From Podarcis cretensis (taxonomy: Eukaryota), in NCBI GenBank assembly GCA_951804945.1, contig OX638155.1, forward strand, positions 63,240,001 through 63,304,000: a stretch of 64,000 bases of DNA. Direction: 5' to 3'. The notes below the pieces were generated by a model. The model searched no databases, was not told the origin of the DNA, and saw nothing but the letters and a program-made list of their open reading frames with translations. Positions 12,931-23,545 of the stretch are shown one piece after another; positions within the stretch are counted from its first letter, which is position 1; the number at the start of each line of letters is the position of its first letter. The position numbers and the translations under genes are program-made.

Positions 12931-13142
12931 GTTAGCCTAGGCCATCTTTTCACATCAATTTCAATGGGATCTAACAGTGTGGACAGTGAATCCAGCCCAC
13001 CAATGTGGGTTGAAATCCAGCAATGTTTTTACCCCTAATGCTCATTGTTCCTCATGGATAGGATTGCAGAGGGAGAGGAATTTTAAATTTCACCACCCCT
13101 TGGCTGAAGTGCAGATGATGACATACCCTGACAACACACAGA

Positions 13143-13392
13143 GAGAAGAAGAAGAAGAGTTTGGATTTGATACCCCGCTTTATCACTACCCGAAGGAGTC
13201 TCAAAGCAGCTAACAATCTCCTTTCGCTTCCTCCCCCACAACAAACACTCTGTGAGGTGAGTGGGGCTGAGAGACTTCAGAGAAGTGTGACTAGCCCAAG
13301 GTCACCCAGCAGCTGCAGGTGGAGGAGTGGGGAAGTGAACCCGGTTCCCCAGATTACGAGTCCACCGCTCTTAACCACTACACTACACTGGC
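13143..13392 (-). mobile_element. Young tRNA-derived SINE (Squam3-like)
   Basis: Highly similar to the copies at 30165, 54954 and 58610. tRNA head GCCAGTGTAGTGTAGTGG...GGTTC, CORE-like CTGGGTGACCTTGGGC, (CTT)n tail. Confidence 0.9.
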
Positions 13393-13539
13393 TCTGGGAC
13401 TGAGACTGGGTATTTAATTTTGAAAAATGAAATACATGGTTGTCATTTATGTTGTTATCATCATGTGTAGTTAGGCTTCAAGATGCTTTTTTTTATTCCC
13501 TGAGAACTTCACGGTCAACCCCTTTGAAGGTCATAAGGT

Positions 13540-13686
13540 CAGTGCTTTTTTGTTTTTAAAAAATGTTCAGGGGTACTCTCATTTCCTACTCATATTGAAA
13601 TACTGCCCCTCAATGAGGCCAAACTTAGATTCACAAAATGTTTAGGGTTTTGCCTTCCCCTGTATCCCTCCAGAAAAAAAGCACTG
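13540..13686. mobile_element. Small hAT-like MITE
   Basis: TIRs CAGTGCTTTTTT / AAAAAAGCACTG. TSD not clearly preserved. Confidence 0.6.
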
Positions 13687-14504
13687 CACAGGCTTATTGT
13701 TACACTACAAGCAATGCCCCTAATTTACTTGGTACATTTCAGTCAATATGATACAGATTTTCACAATGATTTCATCCTTTCTATTCATTACAGCTTATTG
13801 ATCGACTTTCTATTTAGTAACATGTCAGGATGTCTTCTTTTAAAATATTTAAATCTAGCACTTGGAACCCCATCACAAAATACTGGTCTAGACTTTTTAT
13901 TCTTATTTTATTTCTTTTCCCCACTTTATGAATAGCAATGGTGTCATGATACTTTTTTTTATTTCTGTTTCACCCGACAATAATGATCTTTGTAGAAGCT
14001 GCTCCTGCTAAATTGCTTCCAGCTCTCAGACCAGCATTATCACAATTGCACAGTGATGACATGATAATTTTATACCCCACACCATTAAGTCGGTTGGAAA
14101 TAAATTACAGCCATCAGCCATGATAAAACAGAGTCAAATGCATTAACAGCATCAGAGTCTCTCATTACGATGGTACTATAAATGCATACTGCCACTTCAG
14201 TCACACAAAACATTTGTTATCCACTTCCACATGGTGTAGATTGATGCCTTTACAGAAGAAATGGATCTGGACTATGAAATCATACAGAGCATTTCCCAAA
14301 GCACCCATGGCCAGCCCTATCATTAGATGGAGTGAGGCAACTGCCTCTGGCAGCAGATGCTTGGGAAGGCATAGAAGTGTTGGAGGAGGGAGCTATGTGT
14401 GCTTTTGAAACCTACTCTGCCCCCTGTAAAGCCTCAGGGGTAGTGGGGGGTGCTGACCTGTCCCCAGTGTGGAAACAAGGTTCAACTACAGAAGGTCAGA
14501 AGCA

Positions 14505-14660
14505 TGCTTAGGCCTTGGTGTTTTTTACTGCAGAAGCTTTTGATCCCTGGCATATCCAGGTAGGGCTGGGAGAGAACTCTGTCCAAAATCCTGGAGTGCC
14601 ATGACAATCAGTGTATAATATTGAGCTAGGTGGACCAAGGGACTGATTTCGTATATGGCA
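14505..14660 (+). mobile_element. Degenerate tRNA-derived SINE with CR1-type tail (related copies ~55385-55532 - and ~57280-57450 -)
   Basis: Shared CCAGGTAGGGCTGGGAGAG...GAGCTAGRTGGRCCAA..GACTGAT tail segment. Confidence 0.55.
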
Positions 14661-14753
14661 CTGGTATTCAACTGGTGGGTCAGCACCCACTACTGGGCTA
14701 TGGCCTGGTGTAAAATGGGTAAAAGTGCAGCATTATCACCATATAAAGATTCT

Positions 14754-14786
14754 GAGAAGAGAAGAGAAGAGAAGAGAAGAGAAGAG
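14754..14786. repeat. (AGAAG)n pentanucleotide microsatellite
   Basis: Direct reading. Confidence 0.9.
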
Positions 14787-14992
14787 ATGAGATGCATGAT
14801 TGGGTCAAAAAGGGGTCACAAATCTCAAAAAGTTGAAGACTGCTGGTATAAAGTCAATTTCTATGTCCCAAACTACCCACTTGGCAGGTTATTGTATGTG
14901 GAATAGGAAGAGGGAGGCACCAGCTTGTCTCAGGCTGAAAAATGCTTGAGCCAGCTCTGACTCTGGACTAGGTTTTGTGTGATTTTACTATA

Positions 14993-15218
14993 CAGTGGTA
15001 CCTCAGGTTACATACGCTTCAGGTTACAGACTCCGCTAACCCAGAAATAGTACCTCGGGTTAAGAACTTTGCCCCAGGATGAGAACAGAAATCATGTGGT
15101 GGCGGTGCAGCGGCAGCAGGAGGCCCCATTAGCTAAAGTGGTACCTCAAGTTAAGAACAGTTTCAAGTTAAGAAATTACCTCCAGAACGAATTAAGTTCT
15201 TAACCTGAGGTACCACTG
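14993..15218. mobile_element. Tc1/mariner-pogo (Tigger-like) MITE
   Basis: TIRs CAGTGGTACCTCAGGTTA / TAACCTGAGGTACCACTG with TA on both sides. Same family at 54864 and 61706. Confidence 0.92.
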
Positions 15219-15994
15219 TATCAGTAACGGCAGATGTCAGAGAGCGGTCTGAACTTTTCAGCCACCACTATGAAGTGGCAATCAGAGTGGAAGAGCCAGG
15301 TTTGTTTTTTTAAAAAAACTATTTTTAGTTGTGTTTATGATCTGTTTGTACATCAACTTGAGATGCATGTAAAATAAATAATAATCATAGTACCTGTATA
15401 GTTCAAAACTGCAAGAGAGCTTTGCTTCCAGTTTGGGCCAGAATTTGATCAGCCAGCAAAAACCTAAGTGAGACCAAAACCAATCAAAGAATCAAAAAGA
15501 AAAATGTGACATTTTGTGATATGGCGTTTTTGAGTATGATGTGCCTTTGCATTGGAATTGGAACTAAGAGAATGAAAGAATGAATGTGGGCTATGCATGG
15601 TTATGAATAAAATAAATGATGGAGGAGCCTGCATGATAACTCTAACTTCTAATACAGATCACATTACTAGGCCACATTTCATACTCATTGCCTTCTTATT
15701 AATGCAAATAAATGTGAATAATTCCCATGGTGATTCTTATGACATCCTGATGAATGCTGGAGGGGGTGTATTTGGTACTGTTCCAATAAAATCCCAATGA
15801 ATTCAAAGTATTCAGACACTTTGAAGAAAATGTGAGCACTTGGCACTGTAGACTGACCCCATTCTGGAAACATCTATGAGCACAGCAAAGCCTCAGGGAC
15901 TTGTAAATATGTGTCAGAAAATGAGGACAGCAAGACTTAAAGAAAAGTATGCTGAAGGCCATGCATAAACGCTGTCACAAATAAGCCTTGTGAC

Positions 15995-16278
15995 CAGAGC
16001 CGGCACTATCATTAGGCAGTGTGAGGCAGCAGTCTTGGGTGGCAGGTGCTGAAGGAAGGTAGCAACAGCCCCACAACTATTCCCCTCAGAGTCACCTTGA
16101 CTAGCCTGCTCTGCACCTCCTAACTTACCTTGCTGCTTCAGCTGGGATAGAAGATGCAGTCTCATCATCACCAGTGTCAAAATAAGACTCAGCAGCTGGT
16201 CAGGCCAGGTCTGTGTGTAGAATGGTGGGGGCTACTTTGTCCTTGTCTTAGGCAGCAAATTGTCTCGGACCAGCCCTG
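15995..16278. mobile_element. Old hAT-like non-autonomous element (related ends at ~14310-14960 and from 58141)
   Basis: Ends CAGAGCCGG / CCAGCCCTG. Degenerate 8-bp flanks CTTGTGAC / CCCATGAC. Confidence 0.55.
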
Positions 16279-16969
16279 CCCATGACCCAGTTTCATGAGC
16301 TGTTGTCTTTTGCAGTTGGCTCCAGCTGGTGGATTCTGGGGCTCCAGCAAAAACCTAAGTAGATCTCACAAACCTAACGTCTAACCACCCCTGAGTAGGC
16401 ACAATTATTATACCCATATTGCAGATTCAGATGAGGCTGAGAGAACAATGGCTTACCTATCTAGTAAGATTATGGTCAGAGAGAGGCTTTCACCAGGGGT
16501 GACACCATTTTACACCAGCTTTTTGACACCCAGTGGTAAAATCAATATTACCAGATGGGTTTAGGGCAGGATGCAACAGCTCCACTCCCTGGGGTGACTT
16601 ACCATTAATCCTATGGAAATGCATGGATATTAATCAGCTTAAATGGACATGCTCCTGCATAATGACCTTGTGGATCAGATTTATATGGGACGTGAAAGAA
16701 AAGAGCCACAAATGCAAGCAGTACTGAGATAAGTCTTCCTCAAAGCGGGGGGGGGGAGCATGGTTAGAAATCAGTGCATAAACAAATTAGGGTATAAGGC
16801 ATGAAGATTAATTTCTCATGTGATGGGGAATATTGGAATGATTGCTACTAACTCCCACATGCAGAACAATTGGCATGGATAAAGAAAAGAAAAAGCTTAG
16901 TTTCTGGATAATCTAAGAATAGCTTATGTAAGAGGAAGAAATCGTGTCCTCCCTTAAAGAGGGCACATG

Positions 16970-17714
16970 TTGCAGTGAGACCTGGAAACCAAAACCCTGT
17001 GTTGTGGGTGGGTAAGATTGGTCAGCCACAACACCCGATTGGTAGGTCCCTCGATGCTGGGTTCAATCTGGCCAATGGGTGCAGTCCATCGAGGGACCTT
17101 TATATACCCATGCACGTGACCCAGAGCTTCCTCTTTTGGCATGTGCATTTAAAACACCCGCCCACCTCTCCCTACTTTTAGGGCTTTTGCGCTTGACCTT
17201 GCTATGCCATCGTGTATCATCTGTCGTTGGGATAGGGGCACGGCAGGAATTTTCCCCACTTGGCTGATTGGCTGTTGCCATTTGGGTTTCGTCTGCCGCG
17301 TAGCAAATCATCACAACTTGTAAGGTTGCGGATAGGCTCTGGTTCAGGTGATAGGGATGGGAGAACGCTCTCGCCATCCTTATGTGAAGGGTATTCTGTT
17401 AAAGGAATCCAGGGACTCAAATGGTTTGGTCAACCCTTGAGAGGGGGTTATGCCTGTGCCTGAGTCCAGGGGGACATCTGGGTGGCGGACATAGTCTGTT
17501 CCTGCCTTTCCACCTATCCAGGTGTTCACCATTGGCTCACCTGTGCTGGAACCCTGGGTCAGCACTACCTGCATGGCAGAGAGCTAGTCGAACCAGACCC
17601 TACACTTTCTGTAATCAATAAAGTTGTGGCCTAAATTCTGCCAAAAACCAAAACCAAAATTTGAGTCAAGTGTGAATTTATTTAGGGGAGAGGTTTCTGG
17701 GTCTGAACACGCAA
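16970..17714 (+). mobile_element. Unclassified 745-bp non-coding element with promoter and poly(A) module (possibly DIRS/Ngaro-derived)
   Basis: Imperfect inverted ends (TTGCAGTGAGACCTGGAAACC vs reverse complement of the right end TTGCGTGTTCAGACCCAGAAACC). CCAAT boxes and TTTATATA at ~17099. AATAAAGTTGTGGCC at 17617. No TSD. Confidence 0.75.
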
Positions 17715-18289
17715 AATAGTAGCAGAAAAGCAGGGCAGGGGAGCAGATACCAGAAATATATTCTGTGCTTCTTTAAGCAGCCAAATGCACAGCAAAGGAA
17801 AAAGAGTTTACATTTTCATCCTGGACATCCATGTGTGTCATCTCAACCCCCTGAGAACCTGAATGCATATAAAGCCAAAATGAAAAAGCAACCCATGTGC
17901 ACCATAAACACAAAACAAATAGGCAAGCTTGTGTTTACTGCTATTTTCCTGGCATTTCTTTTATCCTACACAAATAAATAATGTATACAAAAGCACCAGT
18001 TATGCTTTATATACCTGCCCACAAAATAGTGTACTTTTTTTTTCATTTGATCAAAGTAATCTATAGCTTTTATAGGACTCATGATGACTTTTATTGGAGT
18101 CTTTATATTTCTTCAGTTTTCCGTCCTACTGTAAGGTAGCCTGCTGGGTTTTCTTTCTGTCTTCTCATAATCTTGACTTGATTTTCAGAGGTTATATTAT
18201 CGGCTCCAAAAAAAAAAACACCAGGAACCTTAGGGCTGTAATGGAAAGCAAAATGAAGCTGTGGACTCAGGGTGGGGCAGTGTAAAATA

Positions 18290-18580
18290 GAGATCATTTA
18301 AAAAGGTAGCTGGCAATATTGTAACACAGTGATACATATCTATGATGAGACCATACTTGAAATACTGTACATTTCTGTATAACGAAGAATATTTGCAAAT
18401 AACAAAGAATACTCTGCACCTGCAAAAGGTGCAGAAAAGGGAAAACAGTGGTTGGAGGGGCTGGTGAAATTTCCACTAAAATGAAAGGTATAAAGTCTGG
18501 GATTTTTTTACTTTAGGGGAAAAGTGAGTAGGAGAGGACAGGGCAAGAGTTTATACAATTATGCATGGTGTGAAAGAATT
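18290..18580 (+). mobile_element. Ancient CR1 ORF2 C-terminal remnant
   Basis: Reads SMMRPYLKYCT, KVQKR and VYTIMHGVK, versus recalled CR1 motifs SMVRPHLEYCV, EKVQKRA and VYKIMHGVEK. Confidence 0.7.
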
Positions 18581-18986
18581 TGACTTTGTTTTCCAGGACT
18601 GTTTGTATGGAGTGGTGCATGTTTTTCTATCTGTTACATATCCTCGTTCATTGGGGACTATGCGGTTAACTTAGACACCTAGCAAACACCCTGAGGCTGA
18701 AGTATAAAGGTAGCAAAACCCCCACTGTTTATGTAAGAGAAGACAGATCTCTCAGCTAAAGGGCTTTATGACTTCCTGAGGTCCACTGGTCCAGTTTTAA
18801 TGACATTCACTTGGGTCTTCACAGTGCCAAGCAGTGATGCTTGAGGAATTTGGGGCACCATTCAGGCCTCCTTTGAGAGAAAGGGCATGATATCAATTTA
18901 GGTTGTCATTGCGTTATGGTGGTGATTAGTACTATTAGTTTTACTACTGAGATTTTGTGCTGTCCATGCCACACCTGGAGTTGGTA

Positions 18987-19190
18987 CAGTGGTATCTTGG
19001 TTGTCGAACGGAAGTGAGTGTTCAAGTTTGTGAACGCTTTTTGGAAGCCGAATGTCTGACTTGGCTTCCACAGCTTCCAATTGACTGCAGGAAACTCCTG
19101 CAGCCAATCGGAAGCCACGCCTTGTTTTCGAATGGTTCCAGGAGTCGAACGGACTCCCGGAACAGATTATATTTGACAACCAAGGTCTAT
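18987..19190. mobile_element. Tc1/pogo-type MITE (second family)
   Basis: TA|CAGTGGTATCTTGGTTGTC ... GACAACCAAGG inverted ends. Internal CTGCAGCCAATCGGAAGCC is shared (inverted) with 29830-30080. Confidence 0.75.
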
Positions 19191-19320
19191 ACTTTTGAGT
19201 AAGCATAAGGGCACTAAGGTACCAACACTAAACTGACTTACCTGAGAGTAAGTTCTCTTAATTTAGTGCTACTTACTCTGAGCAGCAATATTTAGGCTTG
19301 CGCTATAAGGTGACCCTATT

Positions 19321-20484
19321 GCAAACATGCGCTGGATTATGGAGAAAGCTAGAGAGTTCCAGAAAGACATTTACTTCTGCTTCATTGACTATGCAAAAGC
19401 CTTTGACTGTGTCGACCATGGCAAACTATGGCAAGTTCTTAAAGAACTATGGCAAGTTCTTAAAGAAATGGGAGTGCCTGATCACCTCATCTGTCTCCTG
19501 AGAAATCTCTATGTGGGACAAGAAGCTACAGTTAGAACTGGATATGGAACAACTGACTGGTTCAAAATTGGGAAAGGAGTACGACAAGGCTGCATTTTGT
19601 CTCCCTGCTTATTTAACTTATATGCAGAATTCATCATGCGAAAGGCTGGGCTGGATGAATCCCTAGCCGGAATTAAGATTGCCGGAAGAAATATCAACAA
19701 CCTCAGATATGCAGATGACACAACCTTGATGGCAGAAAGTGAGGAGGAATTAAAGAACCTTTTATTGAGGGTGAAAGAGGAGAGTGCAAAATATGGTCTG
19801 AAGCTCAACATCAAAAAAAACGAAGATCATGGCTACTGGTCCCATCACCTCCTGGCAAATAGAAGGGGAAGAAATGGAGGCAGTGAGAGATTTTACTTTC
19901 TTGGGCTCCATGCAGATGGTGACAGCAGCCACGAAATTAAAAGACGCCTGCTTCTTGGGAGAAGGGCAATGACAGGCCTAGACAGCATCTTGAGAAGTAG
20001 AGACATCACCTTGCCAACAAAGGTCCGTATAGTTAAAGCTATGGTTTTCCCAGTAGTGATGTATGGAAGTGAGAGCTGGACCATAAAGAAGGCTGATCGC
20101 TGAAGAATTGATGCTTTTGAATTATGGTGCTGGAGGAGACTCTTGAGAGTCCCATGGACTGCAAGAAGATCAAACCTCTCCATTCTGAAGGAAATCAGCC
20201 CTGAGTGCTCACTGGAAGGACAGATTGTGAAGCTGAGGCTCCAGTACTTTGGCCACCTCATGAGAAGAGAAGACTCCCTGGAGAAGACCCTGATGTTGGG
20301 AAAGATGGAGGGCACAAGGAGAAGGGGGCGACAGAGGACGAGATGGTTGGATAGTGTTTTCGAGGTTACCAGCATGAGTCTGACCAAGCTGCGGGGGGCA
20401 GTGGAGGACAGGAGTGCCTGGCGTTCTCTGGTCCATGGGGTCACGAAGAGTCGGACACGACTAAACGACTAAACAACACAACAA
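19321..20484 (+). mobile_element. 5'-truncated, inactivated Bov-B LINE (RT C-terminal half)
   Basis: RT motifs FIDYAKAFDCVDH, GVRQGCILSP and LRYADDTTL. In-frame 21-bp duplication at 19424-19465, frameshift at the poly-A near 19813, stop at 20101, (CAA) tail. Confidence 0.95.
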
Positions 20485-22489
20485 ATGAGTATGTACACTG
20501 AGCTCACGTGGGGTAAGGACATCGCCGCCCCATCAACACCCCTTGGTGTGAACACAGCCAGAAACAAATCTGACACCAGTGAAGCTGTGCTGATGTGAAC
20601 ATGGGGGTGGAAACACTGTGAGACATGCAGGGGAGAGGAACAACTTCATGGTGCTTTAATGTGAACACAACTGTTGTGTGCATTGACTAAGCAATCATGA
20701 GTAAGTCAGATGACTGCAGTTAGTCAGTCAACCAGCTATTGATTGTCAACAGGTATTGGCTAGCATTAACTTCCATTGCCTATATGCCAGATTAGTCTCT
20801 CCCAGATCACAGTAGTTGCTGCCATTCAGAAAACATAATCTTTAGACTCACGCATCACATTTGCTTCAGTGGGTAAGCAGTGGCAAAAATTATTCATATG
20901 AAAGGGGAAACAGCAATGTCTAAACCAGCCTTGAAAAATATTGACCTTCAAGCAGAGAAGAAGGTGACAGCTCTTTTTTCTTGTAGGCCCCATTTCTAAA
21001 AGGAAGGTAAAATAGAACAAAGGAAGGCAAAACATTCTATTTCTATCTCCTAACCATTTCTGAAATTGGCCTTGTTGCATTGTGTGTTCGCAGCGATATG
21101 AGTCCATTGTTCCTCATTTATAGTTTAATTAATAGCTTTGACACTGTTGTAAGAATTATCATTCATCTGGCTTTTGCTTCACTTTTAAGTAATAGCTATT
21201 ATTGCTGTCATGTTTCTACTGGCGTATGTATTTAAGATGTGCTGAAAAAATTTTGTGTGAAAAACCTAAAAGATGTTCCAAAAAAGCTTTTTTTAAAAAA
21301 AGATTGGCTCATAAGAAATTAATATGGATTCTAATGTACACATATGAACCTCATGAAAACCTTATTTCTCCTTTCTACCCACTCCCCACAAAAAAGCCCC
21401 AGCAGGGCAGCTAACCACTTTCAATAGCATCTTAACACCAAAAACATACCGTGAAATCCTGTGTCACTGAATTTCACTCACTGACGCAAAACAAAAACAC
21501 CCACCAATATCACCTGGGTTGAATATTGGCCCTGAAATTTATTTTGAAGTTTCCAAACACATATATGAGCAAATAAATAAATAAATACATTCTGCTTTGA
21601 ATTTAATCAAGAAGTTGACAATATTGAAAAAATGGCACTACAAATGGAACATCAAAAGTCTCATCAGAAGATAAGATTTTCAGTAATTAACCACTTAGTA
21701 CTTGGAAAATGGAACGCTTCCTGCCAGCTTTACAAATAACTATCAATATGTGATTGATGAATCTATCGATCAGCTCTGTACTTTTGTGGGATCGATATTT
21801 TTCTGCATAGAAGTTGCAATTCATTGCAGTGAGTGTGAGACGGGGTGGGGAGGTGGGACGAGAAATGGGGAGGGGGGAGAGATGCTGGTAGATCCTTTTG
21901 CTTCCATACAGCACATACCAGATGTTTTCGTAGAATGGTGATCATGCTTATGAAAACAGATTGCCCTGTGAACAAAATTTTGATGGGCTGATTTAGACTT
22001 TTAGCTCAATCTTGGGAGGAATAGATTCTATTACTCTCTTGGTAGAGTGTTTTCAAATTTGATTTTCAGCATGTGCAAGATGTGTCCGCAGCAGTCAATG
22101 TTTCTGAGTAGTGTGCACATAAAGGCTAATGCACGCTTTTAAGGATTGCCATTAATCGTCAATTAAAGATGTAACAGAAAGCACTGCACTGGCATTAGTT
22201 CACATTACAAAATAGAAATCACAGTGAAGCTTTAACCAATTTGGTGGAAAACAGCAAAACCTTCTTTAGAAATCTTGCAAAATGTTTGCCATTGGCTGTG
22301 AATTGTTTGAGTTTTGTTTTTTGAAATTTTAATTGGCAGCAGAAAAAAGAGCTATCAACCCACTTTGGGAACCAGTCGGTGAAAAGCAAAGTATAAATTC
22401 TAAAAACTAAAAAAGCATGACTTTTGGCTCAGACATTACAATGAAACAGAATGAAGAAAAGGAGTGTATGCATATAAAATTAGGAAATA

Positions 22490-23155
22490 ATAATAATTTA
22501 TTATTTATACCCTGCCCATCTGGCTGGGTTTCCCCAAACACTCTGGACAGCTTCCAACAAAATATTAAAATACAATAGTCCTTCAGATATTAAAAGCTTT
22601 GCTAAACAGGAGCAGCTGGAAGCAGCAAAGAGGGAGATCCCAGGCCTCCCCTGCATTAAATGGAGCAGGCCACGCCCCCCAGGCCAGCCGATTGGCTGGC
22701 CAGGGGATGACGCGATCAGGGATTCCCTCAATCGCGGGGAGGCTGAGAACCAGCCCCCACGCGCATGGTGGGAGGGTGAAGCCCGGAACCCCACCTCCTT
22801 TCTACGTTGGAAGTGGCTTTCCTAAACAGGGCTGCCTTTAAATGTCTTCTAAAAGTCTGGTAGTTGTCTTTTCCTTTGACATCTGATGGGAGGGTGTTCC
22901 ACAGTGTGGGTGCCACTACTGAGAAGGCCCTCTGCCTGGTCCTCTGTAACTTGGCTTCTCGCAGTGATGAAACCACCAGAAGGCCCTCGGTGCTGGACCT
23001 CAGTGTCCGGGCTGAATGATGGGGGTGGAGATACAGTGATACAGGGCCGAGGCCATTTAGGGCTTTAAAGGTCAGCACCAACACTTTGAATTGTGCTCAG
23101 AAATGTACTGGGAGCCAATGTAGGTCTTTCAAGACCGCTGTTATTTGGTCTCGGC
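22490..23155 (-). mobile_element. L2 LINE 3' fragment with an internal 205-bp insertion
   Basis: Translation VLTFKALNGLGP...RQRAFSVVAPTLWNTLP...FRRHLKAALFR matches the L2 ORF end. TTA-rich tail near 22490. Confidence 0.88.
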
Positions 23156-23420
23156 GTACCATAGTAAGATGCTCTTAATTTTCTGCTCTGGTGTTTCCTT
23201 TTTTCTTTGATTCCTGCACTCATTATTCTTGTCTGCTGGTCAGTGAGAGAGACAATTTCTCACATTGAGAATAAACATTTTTCACATCACTTTTGCTCTT
23301 AAGGAACAGTTTGCTATTCAGAAGAACACAGAAGACTCGTGCTCTGTGCAGGGTATCTAATGCTAGGCTGTGACATAGGAAAAATCCAAACAGACCTGTG
23401 GTGCGCATGTGATTTTCAAA

Positions 23421-23545
23421 GAATCATAGAACTGTAGAGTTGGAAGAGACCCCAAGAGTCATTTAGTCCAACTAAAGCATCCATGACAGATGGCCAACCA
23501 ACCTCTGCTGAAAAATCTCCAAGGAAGGAGAGTGATTTTCTTGAA
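23421..23545 (-). mobile_element. CR1 3'-end fragment (related piece ~55640-55705)
   Basis: GAATCATAGAA..GAGTTGGAAGAGACC..TAGTCCAAC...CTCCAAGGAAGGAGAGT. Confidence 0.7.
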
